DNA of 64,000 bases from Lingula anatina. Taxonomy: Eukaryota; Animalia; Brachiopoda. How positions within the stretch are numbered: position 1 is the first letter of the stretch; the number at the start of each line of letters is the position of its first letter. Made by a program: the position numbers and the translations under genes. The stretch spans positions 32,755,967-32,819,966 of the forward strand of contig CM120640.1 of the NCBI GenBank assembly GCA_051362555.1, in the 5' to 3' direction. Below the pieces are notes generated by a model that made no database searches, was not told the DNA's origin, and saw only the letters and a program-made list of their open reading frames with translations. Below are positions 41,522-53,473 of the stretch, piece by piece.

Positions 41522-42193
41522 TGTGGATTTCACAAATTTGAACTTTCTACAAGTTCTTCTATCATAGCAACTTTTCCTCAGATGTTAATCCGATATTAAT
41601 TGGTAGCTTCACCGTAAGTCCAAAGCAGATCTTTCAGACATAAAATGCCCTGGAGTCTCCGATTAGATTGAGGTTCCACTTGTCTGTCACCTGACCGTCA
41701 CTCATGTGTGAACTAAATAACTCTAGCAAAAGTTCTGATGGGGTGAAGCCTCGATTTCAAACGAAAACATATTCTTCCTGTTTCCGGTTCAAGGGTGAAA
41801 GGTGAAAGTGCATAGCAGAGGAGGTTGGTGAGTCCTGTTATTTTTCTCCTTGTCGTATGTAAAGACAAGAGGTACATTCAAAATAATGTATGCACGGCTG
41901 AATAACATATCTTGGTTTTCCTTTCCCCAAATGTGTACAAATGTGCGCATAAAATAAGGTCCAGCTGGTAAATTATTGAATGTCCCGATTCTGCAGTGCA
42001 CTTAAAATCTTATTAACTTCTTAGTATTTTTCTTAGTCAGCCTTGTTTTAATCTAGGATCCAAGATAAAGACCTTTGAAGTTTTATGTTGGATCCTATTT
42101 TTCAATGCAATGGCAATGTATTTTGTGTGTGTGTGTCGCTGTTCGTGTGATATGAATTGTAAGGATCATTTTTGCTAGGACGGAAACCAGTGC
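41522..42193. promoter_or_regulatory. Putative bidirectional promoter shared by SLC15A4 and GLT1D1
   Basis: Divergent ATGs are only ~670 bp apart. ETS-like motifs CTTCCTGTTTCCGG at ~41774-41787 and CGGAAA at 42181. Confidence 0.55.
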
Positions 42194-45100
42194 ATGGAAT
42201 CAAAGAAGAGTGTGTTATTCTTGTCCCCACTTAAGCCATACAGTGGAAACCAAACTACCATTGACAGAATTAGGTAAATGATGTACATGTGTGTATTAAA
42301 GTATATGATGATATTTTAATATTCGCAAAATACAGGTAGTTTCTAGAAATTGAAGTTAATACAAATGTTTCACAATGATGTCTGTAGAATTTAAAAACAT
42401 ATACTAGTATACTAGTATATCATTATTGAATTTTTAATTAAGAAAATTATTGAATTATTCAGACTCTGTATTTTTATTGTTTAATTCAGGCAGTACCTTG
42501 AGCCATTGTACAACTGCTACACAGAAGACCCTGTTAATCTCTGTCCACAGAAAACATTTTCTGAGTTCTTAAAAGTAAAACAAATATCTGCAATACTGGC
42601 AGTGCATGCATATCACTCAGGAATAATCTTGTTGGGTGAGGCAGTCTGATATTGCTTTACAGTATGTTTTTATAGCTAAATTACTAGTATAGTATGTGCA
42701 TACAAGCAGTTATAGATAATACCTTAAAAAGAGTAGTGTTTTGAATTTTATGTAAAATATTACTGGTATATGTACATGTATGTTTGTTCAAAACTGTCTA
42801 CTCTCATATATATGTTTCTAATATGATCAATATAAAGATTTAAGAAGACAATATTGTTTCTTTTTATTCAGACTGCACAGTGCCATACATTTTGGTGTTT
42901 GGAGGTACAGATATCAATGAATTTTCCAAAGATGAATCAAAATTTCAGATTATGACCCGGGCTGTGCAACATGCAAAGTAAGTATTCTATAACCATTTAT
43001 ATCCTAATATGGGAACTAAACCCATCAGTATGACAACTATGCATAACTGTCTCTGATACTGGGAATTAATTAGCAACTGACCAATGTCACATGTAGTCTC
43101 AACCTGAGACCATTCACTAAGTAAACTTTACTCATCTTTTAAAGGATTTTGCATCTTTCAGGTTTGCTGTTGCTTTTAATGACTCCGTGGTAAATAAAGC
43201 CAAATCATTATGGGTAAGTCTTAAAATGAAGGTAAAATAATAAATGTATAGATATTTGCCAATCTCTGATACAACCTACAGCAAAATTGTGTCCAAGAAT
43301 TTTAAATGATGTGACTTTGTTCAAAATTTAATACTTATTTTGATTACATTAACTAAGATTGACATTCTTTCAAAAGACTTTTTAAATATATTACTTAATA
43401 AATGAATATGTTTTTATATTTCTATATATAAAATTCCATATATATATTACATAAATTATAACAATTTCAGTTTGTGCATATGACAATTACTCGATCTTTT
43501 CAATTGTAAATTTGACATATATTGTATTTTTTAAAGTCATAATTTCTTTAAATAAGAGCATTTCTATTGAGTGGCAGCAACAAAATTAATAAGCAGGCTA
43601 CTCTTTAGTTCCTTTCTATAGTAACAGTAAAAGCACCATAAGTGCTATACAGAAATATAATTTTGTGATTAAAAAATTATGTTTCTGAAATTGAAAAGAT
43701 CATGTCATTACCGTTATTTTAAAACGAATAAAAATATGTATTGATACATATTAACATTTTTTTCTTTTTTTCTGTTATCCCATAGCCTGATGTTTGTCCC
43801 AAAAAGCTTATTATGATACCTCAGGGTGTTTCCACTACCCCTTCCAGTAGTTTCAGTGTTACCCAATTTCTACAGGAGAACTATAACATAAGCTGTGGAG
43901 ACAGCCCTCTAAGGCTATTCACTTTGATTGCTGGGATAAGACCAGTGAAGGATGTCACATTTCTTCTGAAGGCTTTTTCTGGTATTGTTATGGCTTTATA
44001 GGTATTATTAATTTTACAATAGTTAAAATTTTTTTTTTAAATTATGAACATTATGATAGGTGAGTATACTGTCTTGCATATGATAGTCAGTTTAGTTAAG
44101 CAGGATGTTTAATCTAAAAAAAGAATTCAAAAAGAACAATTAAATGTAAATATAAGAAACTAGGTCTAAATCTTGAAATTTTGCAGATAGAAACCCACAT
44201 GCATACTCTATAGATTTGAATCAATGTAAAATGGCAATACCTTCTTGGATTCCAGCTTGGCATTTAGATGATCACCGTGACTGCTTTTTCTTGATCATAG
44301 GACCACTTGTAAGTTCATCAGAAGACAATGTAATGAAAATACACTGAGCAAAAATATATACATCCCACACAATACTTATAAAAATATAATTTAAAAAATT
44401 ATCATCAATATGGGTTAAATATATAGCTCAATATGGGTTTTATATATAAAAACCCCCTGAAGATGCAATGAAACCGGTTGGGGCAAAATAACTGCTGTTC
44501 TTTATTTCTTTTTTATCATATATATATAGCTTAAATAAAATTTGAATTTTTGTGCCCATTGTGCTACGGATTAACATCAGCTCATTTAGTGTGCCCATTA
44601 CATGTTACATAAATAATTCACATGGGGCATTAAGATTTTTGCTCAGTGTATGTCAGTGACTAAGGTAAGAAAGAGAGCAAAATGCTTAAACTAGCCAAAG
44701 AAGCGCTGGTAATTTTTGATGACGATTCTGCTACATATGCCATTGCTAGGGTTGTTTTCTACCCAGAATAATGCTATTGTTTTGGAATTGAACAGATCCA
44801 TATAGACCCGGTATGAAGAGCAGTCTGGTTTGTTGGAGATATTAGGCTATAAAACCAATTTTAACCATTTCAAACTTCCAGCATATATTGACATTGTAGT
44901 CCTTTTCTTTTGTAGACTGACAAATCTTATCAAATGCAAGTGGAGTCCGTAATTGATAGGTGAGTCTACATTTAATGGTAGTTATCTTGGTAGAGAGCAA
45001 TAACCATTTGCTTTAAGTATCAAAATAAATAATTAAGTTATTTTAATGATGCATCTATGAAGTGCTACTATAAAGATGTAATATCTAATCCAAGCTTTCG

Positions 45101-46252
45101 GCCCCTAGTCCTTCTTCAGGGATTTGAAAAAAATCCTATCACATCTTTATAGTAGATCTTCATAGATGCATCGTTATAATAACTTATTTATTTCTTAAAA
45201 ATCTATACAGTGATTTGATATAAATCTTCAAAACAAATAATTAAAACAGGCACATAATTGGTGAAGTGCGCCCATGTCATCCAGAGTTTCAGGGGACACT
45301 GCTAACTCACCTCTTTACTGATAGTACAGTGGTAATTTTCAGTTCTCTCTGAAAATCAGGGTATTCCTTGTCTATCTGTGAACTAAGAGATGTTTGCTTT
45401 CAGCTGTAAAGGTGTGCTTCAAATCCTTGCACTGGAAAAACCAGACTGTCACGCAATAATCAGGGATAGTTTTGCCCTGGTGAATTCATCACTTAGTGAG
45501 GGTATGTCAGCAGCTTTATTGGAGGTAAGGTTGTACTAGGTGTCCAGTATTATCAGCACATGTCTGCACATTTTTAATGAATTGAAAATTTTTAGATTTT
45601 TATTGTAGAGATGATTTCACAAGTAGCATTTCTGATTATAATTGGCCACATAATCATTAGTAATCTGAATGATTGAATTGGGGTGTTACATTATGACTTT
45701 TTAAAATAATTTCTGTTTAGAATAAATTTGAGAGCAGTCTGACTGACATATTAAAGAGCACCTTGTCTAAAGAAGAATGATAACAATATTCATTGTGCAC
45801 ATACTGTAGGCAATGGCCATGGGTGTCCCAGTTGTTGCCAGAAATATACCTGGTAATGCTGCTGTCATTCAGCACAGGAAAACAGGGTTTCTGTTCAACA
45901 CACCTCAGGTAAATATGAAACCCATTTCTTTTTCTTTCTTTTTTTTTTTTTTGTTAAGTGCATTGATTCCAAAAAAATACTATACCATTCAGTAGATAAT
46001 ATCATGAAAAAGTTTGGTAATCCATAATACATGTAGATAAATTGCTTTATAATGTGAGTGAGATTTCTGGCTGTTGTTTAACTATTAGTCATGTGCTCTT
46101 GTTTTCAGGAATTTATAGAGATTGCACAGGAGTTGCTGCAGGACAGGACTCTGTGCACAGCCATTGCAACCAGTGCTAAAACTGAGGCAGAAAGGAAATA
46201 TTCTTGTAAGAAGGAAATGGAAGCTTATAGAAAACTACTTAATTCAGTGTAA
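42194..46252 (+). CDS. GLT1D1: Glycosyltransferase 1 domain-containing protein 1 (GT4-type); 10 coding exons
   Basis: Exons: 42194-42273, 42490-42635, 42872-42977, 43162-43213, 43786-43981, 44256-44308, 44916-44959, 45404-45524, 45810-45908, 46109-46252. Motifs [79 protein letters not shown] match GLT1D1. Mostly missed by the ORF track because the exons are short. Confidence 0.92.
44453..44483 (+). ncRNA. Minimal type-I hammerhead ribozyme motif (Penelope-like element terminus)
   Basis: CCCC-CTGAAGA-tgcaat-GAAA-CCGGTT-GGGG: stem I CCCC/GGGG, core CUGANGA and GAAA, palindromic AACCGGTT in place of stem III, cleavage triplet GUU. Followed by AAAATAA. Confidence 0.6.
45034..45186. repeat. ~50-bp-arm inverted repeat enclosing the hammerhead motif
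   Basis: TAAGTTATTTTAATGATGCATCTATGAAGTGCTACTATAAAGATGTAATA (45034-45083) pairs with 45137-45186 with about 5 mismatches. Confidence 0.85.
45087..45124 (-). ncRNA. Minimal type-I hammerhead ribozyme motif inside an inverted repeat
   Basis: Minus strand reads AATCC-CTGAAGA-aggactaggggcc-GAAA-GCTT-GGATT: 5-bp stem I, imperfect stem II, palindromic AAGCTT, triplet CUU. Confidence 0.65.
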
Positions 46253-46349
46253 AACAAAGCATCTTTAATTTTGATTATATATGATTCAAATATATTCTGA
46301 ATTTTTGGTAAATTAGGTAATAAATGTACAGACACTGTACAATATTTTG

Positions 46350-46790
46350 ATCACTATTTGCCAATGCCATCCTACATATCTGTTGTTCACCCTATACCTG
46401 CTTTACCATATTTTTTGTTCTTTTTATTTTAAATTAAATGATTGGCTTTGTTTGGTAAAATTGCCAGTTCTTTTTAAAATCAGCATTATCAGATTGTTTT
46501 TGTGTAAGTCATTGATTTCTTATATACATTTTGGTGACCTTTGCCCCAATAAGTGCCAGACTATATTTCTGTTCTACCTCAAATTTGCTGAGTGGCTCTG
46601 TATGATTATGAGGCAGATTTACTTTGAAAGTCACTTCTATCAGGTTATTTTTGCCAAAGTTATTGATTCTTTTCTGTTTGTTTATTTTTGCAATATTTCT
46701 CCCATAGTCATACCTTTGTTTTACTTCAAACTTACTGAGTGGCTTTGTTTGATAAAAAAGCAGGTTCCAATCAAAATCAATATGATTGGT
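46350..46790. repeat. Degenerate ~148-bp tandem repeat (~3 copies) just 3' of GLT1D1
   Basis: AAA(T/C)TT.(C)TGA(G/T)TGGCT(T/C)TGT.TG recurs at ~46431, ~46581 and ~46728. It appears as repeated F(Y)FKL.EWLC in the spurious ORF 46347-46793. Confidence 0.6.
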
Positions 46791-48030
46791 TAATAGTTAC
46801 TTAAGGATCTTTGAGTTTAGTGTGCATTCCCTCTCACCATTTTTAGTGTTCTTAGTAGGTCAGTTGTCTCTTTCTGTCAGTATATATACAGTATATCATA
46901 TAAGCAAATGTTTTCATTTAAGTTTGCTCATATTCTACTCATATAAAATATTGTTAAAGGAACTGCTGTGTTCAAAATTTAAAAAATGTGCTGACACAAT
47001 AATGTGCATTCATGGTTGGTCAGAAAACCAAAAGAGATTGGAAAAAGTGAAAAACATTCACTTCTTTTAGGCACTATATTTGTTGTTGAGGTTTAAGATT
47101 TTGATTTCTTTTTATTTTATAATTAAAAAAATGTTTATTATATATCTTGCCTACATAGATGTTTTTGAATTTTTGCTTTGAGTTTATTTGTTAAATGTCT
47201 TTAACTGTGCCATCGTCACTATCTACTTTAGATTTATTTTATATATTTTGTAATAAGATTACCTGCTTTTAAATTCAAAGTTTATGATCATTTCACCTAA
47301 TTTTCCTGTAGTCTGTAATTTTCATTATGTTAAGCTACAATTCCCCTGACTTACAAACCCCAACTTACTGTATGTTAAAGTCACTTTTCTTTAATTTTCT
47401 TGATGCATGGTTTTGTTTTTATTATCTGCTAAATTCCATTGTATTAAGTGCAGGTATTAGTTTTCGGGCAGCATTTTAAAATGGCCAAGTGGAAAGTTTT
47501 TAAACACATTTTAAGAAAAAATTGAGTATGTTAAGGGCTGATTCCCAATTAATGAATGTGATACTTTTCTTATAAACCGCAGTTGTCACAGATCAACTTT
47601 CTTAAAATTATTTTATAGAAATAAAGTGCTGTACTATTTATTAATGACAAGCGTGCATGCATATTACAATCAAGTAGATTGATTGACTTCCATTTAGTCT
47701 TATATTTCACCATTTTAAATAAATTGTTTTTATGAAATGAATATTTTTGTTTTCTTCTTTAAAGGTTTTACTTGTTTTAGATCCAAGTTTAAGCACTTAA
47801 AACCCCTGTTGCAGCCATTCCATAACAAAAATGACATAAAAGGACCAATTTCAAATACTGTCATAGTTTTAGACCTCATGTTTTTGTATACTCAGTTTAC
47901 ACTTGTACTGTATATCTGACAGTACCACAAATCATATTTCAACATTATCGCCCATTATAATTGGAATCCATTCTTAAGCATTATACGTGCAATTTACATG
48001 CACTGTGTGGAGATTGCAAACTTGACCACT

Positions 48031-49355
48031 TTTTATGTACAGACAGATGTGTCTGTACATATAGCTGTCACCTGCATCTGTCATAGCCGTCGCTGTCAAC
48101 GTTGTGGTGCACTTTCACCGATAGCACAGTAAGTGGAAAATCATTTTATCTTTTGGCTTGAAACTTATCGAGCTGATGAATATTCATAATACGCAGGTCA
48201 AGTTAAAAAATCAGCATGATCAGGCCATTTTCTTAGAAGTTATGCTGTTTTTTAAGCTTATATGCAATATTGATAACACTTCTAACAATTCTAAGGCATG
48301 TTAACAGTCCCATTATTAAACTAATCAGATACTTCAAAATGTTCTTTTGACATTTTCTGCATCTTAACAACATTGTTAGTTGATAATATAAAAATGATGG
48401 TAAACCTGTTATCGTGTATTATGTAATAAAGTGTTAAAAATGAAAATAAACTCATAATAATAATGATAATAATCTATTTTTCTTTGGCGCATTCCATTAA
48501 AAATCTCAACGCGCCTTACAACATTCACTTAAAAGAGCTAAATATCACAATACTAGTATAAGAACACATTACAATTTTAAAGGACTAAGAACTAATTTAA
48601 AGAACCAATTATTTCATATTCTAAAATGATAAGAAACTAAAGTGACAACATTTAAAATTAATCATAAAATTACAGTACACCTTATTAAAAACTAGAAATT
48701 AACTATATGATAGTTACTGATAGGCTATTCTAAAAATATGAGTCTTCAAAAGCTTTTTAAAAGTGTCTATGTCACCTGCTGCTCGTATTTCAGAGGGTAA
48801 GGCGTTCCAAACTTTGGGTGCATATCATATCATAAATGCCCTTTCACCGTAAAATTTACCAGCTTTTTTCTCTAAGACACTGTGTTCTAAAAGTAAATGA
48901 CTAAAAGTTGAAGACCTGGTAACTCTTCCATGCTGATGTTGCTTCACAAGTTCTGAGATATAAAGTGGTTTATTCTCAGTGACTGCTTTATTGCATATCG
49001 TTGCAGTTGGTCAGATTCACTCATTCACTTTGTTCAGAAGAACAAATTGGACAAATAAAATTGTTCTGATGATATTTTTCCTATGTCAACAATTTTCTTA
49101 GTTGATTATGTGAAAATGAAAGTAAATTTATTATTTTGTTTTATGTAAAAAAGGTGTTGAAAATGGAAATAAACTCATTTCAGTATAGTTATCTATTGTT
49201 TACTTTGTAGCATTTGCAAGGTTTGACTCTTAACTTCCATGGCCTTGAAGACTTTTGCTAGTCACATTTTCTGAATATCCATGATACTTTTATTTTATTA
49301 TTAAAAATTGATGGTCATAATGCTGTTTAGCATTATGTAATATTGCATCAAAATT
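48031..49355. mobile_element. AT-rich dispersed repeat with a HINE-like hairpin end, interrupted by a LINE
   Basis: Starts TTTTA-TGTACAGACA-gatg-TGTCTGTACA-TATAG (perfect 10-bp stem, 48036-48059; similar motif at ~33671-33700). The body is collinear with 53640-54240 and partly with 63190-63400. Confidence 0.6.
48457..48993 (-). mobile_element. 5'-truncated CR1/L2-type LINE: ORF2 C-terminus, 3' UTR and (ATT)n tail
   Basis: Minus strand translates ...PLYISELVKQ...FYGERAFMI*YAPKVWNALPSEIRAAGDIDTFKKLLKTHIF..., the typical CR1/L2 ORF2 end, with one in-frame stop. ATT-repeat tail at 48457-48473 and a possible CATA target duplication. Confidence 0.8.
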
Positions 49356-51277
49356 GAAGAAACCCCAGGGGTGGACCCAGGATTATTTAAAAGTGGGGGG
49401 GGGGGGATGCGAAGACGACCCTTCCCCCGACACAAAAACGAAACATTTTGTAAAGCATACAAAGATAATTTTGCTACAATGTGCAAGGCCCAGGGATAAA
49501 AAAAGCATCATTCTGTTTCAATCCAATACAGTGTGTGTGTGTGTGTGGGGGGGGGGGTACAACTATGTTTGCTGATTACTAGCAATGAATACAAACTAGA
49601 CAATATGACACCAGAAAGCTTTTTTTTAATTAAACATTACAAAAATCAAATGCAGAATTAACAGAAACCCCAATTGATTGTTTATTTTCAAATGCTTAAA
49701 TTGCAGATTGGTGCAGATTGTCTAATCAATGTGCTTCATTCTATTCAACTTCATTCTGGATTAATTTTTTTCAACATCCCAGGAACAAATAATTCTATAA
49801 TGAATAAGGAAAACTTCTTTAAGGAAAACTGCCCACCTCTGTATTAAATTTTATTACAAAAATATACAGTATAAGATCAATACTTTCAATATATTGCTCT
49901 TTACTTAACATGAAATGTAGAACACATAAGGAATAAAGCAAGCTTGCCTTGAAATCGTTTGGGTCATTGGTATAATTTCAAGTAACTGTCCACTTCCGAT
50001 TTTAAGTTTATTTTTGATTTAGAGAGTAAAAGGTACTCGTGTAAAGTAGTTATTGCTCAACCACACTTGAGAAAATCGGAAAAGCAGTGACATGCGATCC
50101 TCCTGCGAAAAATGACTGTGTGCACCCAGCATTCTTCGGGAGGAAAAGGATTAGAATTAGTAAGGTTAGCAAAAAGGACAGATTATGATTTTCTCAAATG
50201 TAATGCTGAACAATTCCCATGTCAGAGGCAAATATTTTATAAATACTAATCCAAAACAATTGGCTGAAATGTGGACAATAATTACTATAGGCAATACCAA
50301 TGTTTGTCATGAGAAATTAACCCTGCGCATTTCTCATATAGACCCAAGACCTATAGCTACTTGTAGTGCAGATTAACCAATTAAATATATACTAAATTAA
50401 TTATATACATATGATATGAGGACTATCCCACTTAAGTTAGATAAGATGTCAAAGTACATTGAAATGCACAAGTGAAAAAAAATCTAATTCATCTTGATAA
50501 AACCACATCTAACAAACTTTTAAAGTAAACCATAAACAAAATAAAATACCCTGCATTTGCAAGTATTTGTGAAAACCATTTACATACATGTACGTACACG
50601 TGTATTAACAATATTTTTCCAACAAAGAGTTAGATCTATTTCAAACATAGAATTAGACGCATTGGGTTTGTTATAACCTGCATTGCGATTCTCCGTACTC
50701 TTTAGCCCTGGTCCAAAATGTTTCAGTTATTCTCTATGAACTGGGTACATTATTCGATGCATTTCTTATGTTTGGTGTTTTGCATGTTATGAGAAATGCC
50801 TCTAAAACGTAGACAGTAAAGATGACGCCAATCCCACATATTCAGTTCTGAAATAGATATCATAACTAAGTCAAGATTTTTGTGAAGTTCTATATCTTAT
50901 TACATATACTGCAATCATTACAGTCCACATTCAGTTTAAATTTATTTGACATTATGGAAAGATTTAGTGGGTAAACATGAAAACATACCATTAGGTGTAT
51001 GGAAATACCTGAATAATCATTGGAAGGAGAGACTTAAATTCAGTTGCTGCCTTATTCATGACGTTGTTGCAAAGACTTTCGTTAGCCTACAAGTTCAAAT
51101 TAAATCTTTGTCAGAGCATTGAGAGCATAAGAAAAGTTAATATAACATGTATAAACAAATATGGACTTAAGTCAACCTGTAAATGCTAGAGGTTTATCAG
51201 GCCTACTGGTGGCAGGCCCAGTTCAATATATTATTTTCAATAACTAGCAATAACGTACGTAACCATTTTTTTCTCAC

Positions 51278-51970
51278 CCACTTGCCTTGAAACATTCGTT
51301 TTCAATGCTGAAGCAACACGCTGCTGGAAGGCTATCTACTTCTGATCACTTCTGTTACAAAGAATCCTAAACAGGCATGTGCCCTTGTACCTTTTCATCT
51401 TGGAGAGATGCCATTATCCTTTGGACGTCTGGTGTAGCTATACTATAGCCTAAAAATCAAATTGTATGTTAACCAAAAAACTATGAAAGGAAATGGAATT
51501 GAACCTTGCAAAATGAAATATTTAAAGTACTAGTATGTGCAGTATATGCTAAAATTTTACGACTACCACCTGGCACGACAGTTATCCTCTTTTGTGAAAA
51601 TCGGTTGCATTGTGAATAGGGGTAGGGATTTTTTTAAATTGCATTTGTCATCGTACACTGTGGGTATGACACCCTTAATTGTTTATGTAATAATATATAT
51701 TTACTCCAAGTAGAAATGGAAAATATTTGTTTTCTTGCTCCCCTCTTCCCCACTTACAGTTTACTAACCTTGTTTTATCCCAGGAGTGTGAACAAGCAGG
51801 TTAAGGTCTGAAGAGAGGCTGTCCGTCTATCCCAGAAGTGTAGTCAAGACCTAATGGTAGACACTATATATGTCGTAGAAGTGGGCTAGCTGTCTCATGC
51901 ATGTGGCAAAGAACCTGATGTTGTTCCTCCAAGGAGCGCAGTCGAAGTCCGAGAGGAGGCATTCATCATC
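51278..51970 (-). other. Putative unique downstream exons of the micro-exon array transcript (51769-51970; probably 51278-51449)
   Basis: 51769-51970 has the same flanks as the array (TTTTTACAG| and AAG|GTTAGTAAA) and starts GATGATGAATGCCTC, homologous to the class A exon. Frame 0 reads DDECLLSDFDCAPWRNNIRFFATCMRQLAHFYDIYSVYH*. 51278-51449 is bounded by TTTTTAG| and |GTGAGA. Confidence 0.45.
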
Positions 51971-53473
51971 CTGTAAAAAGAAATAAAAATGAGATTAGAT
52001 TACTTGCACTTCTCCAACCCCCACCTTTTCTACCCCCCCCCCCAAAAAAAAAGGTTAACTAACCTTAAAATTGTTGATCCGAAGAGTAGTCCAAGTTTGA
52101 TGGTAGTCACTCATCATCTTCTATGTCCTGTAAAAAGAAATAAAACTAGATGAGATTTTTTCTTTCAATTTACCTTTCCCCTCCGAAAAAATAAAATTTA
52201 CTAACCTTAAATTGTTGATCCGAACAGTAGTCTATGTTCCATGATAGGCACTCGTCATCTTCTATGTCCTGTAAAAAGAAATAAAACTAGATTAGATTTT
52301 TTCTTTCAATTTATCTTTCCCCTCCAAAAAAATAAAATTTACTAACCTTAAATTGATGATCCGAAGAGTAGTCTATGTTTGATGGTAGGCACTCGTCATC
52401 TTCTATGTCCTGTAAAAAAAATGAGAATGAGATTAGATCTTTTTCAATTTACCTTCACCCCCCCCCGTCCCCTCCCCCCCAAAAAAGAGTTTACTAACCT
52501 CATATTGTTGATCCGAAGAGTAGTGTATATTTGATGGTAGGCACTCGTCATCTTCTATGTCCTGTAAAAAGAAATAAAACTAGATTAGATTTTTTCTTTC
52601 AATTTATCTTTCCCCTCCAAAAAAATAAAATTTACTAACCTTAAATTGATGACCCGAAGAGTAGTCTATGTTTGATGGTAGGCACTCATCATCTTCTATG
52701 TCCTGTAAAAAGAAATAAGAATGAGATTAGATCTTTTTCAATTTACCTACAACCCCCCCGTCCCCCCCCCAAAAAAAAGAAAGTTTACTAACCTTAACTT
52801 CTATCAACATGTCAAGTCAAGGTCTGTGTAGAGTTGCTTATCATCTTCTATGTCCTGTAAAAAGAAATAAAACTAGATTAGATTTTTTCTTTCAATTTAT
52901 CTTTCCCCTCCAAAAAAATAAAATTTACTAACCTTAAATTGATGATCCGAAGAGTAGTCTATGTTTGATGGTAGGCACTTGTCATCTTCTATGTCCTGTA
53001 AAAAAAATGAGAATGAGATTAGATCTTTTTCAATTTACCTTCACCCCCCCGTCCCCTCCCCCCAAAAAAAGAAAGTTTACTAACCTTAAATTGTTGATCC
53101 GAAGAGTAGTGTATATTTGATGGTAGGCACTCGTCATCTTCTATGTCCTGTAAAAAGAAATAAAACTAGATTAAATTTTTTTTCAATTTTCCTATCCCCT
53201 CCAAAAAAATAAAATTTACTTACCTTAAATTGTTGATCCGAAGAGTAGTCTATGTTCGATGGTAGGCACTCATCATCTTCTATGTCCTGTAAAAAGAAAT
53301 AAAACTAAATTAGATTTTTTTTCAATTTTCCTATCCCCTCCAAAAAATAAAATTTACTAACCTTAAATTGTTGATCCGAAGAGTAGTCTATGTTCGATGG
53401 TAGGCACTCATCATCTTCTATCTTCTGTAAAAAGTAATAAGAATGAGAATAGACTTTTTTCAATTTACCTACA

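Noticed and set aside
46347-46793. 148-aa hydrophobic ORF after GLT1D1
   Set aside because: Non-ATG start, T-rich composition, and coincides with a degenerate tandem repeat in the probable 3' UTR.
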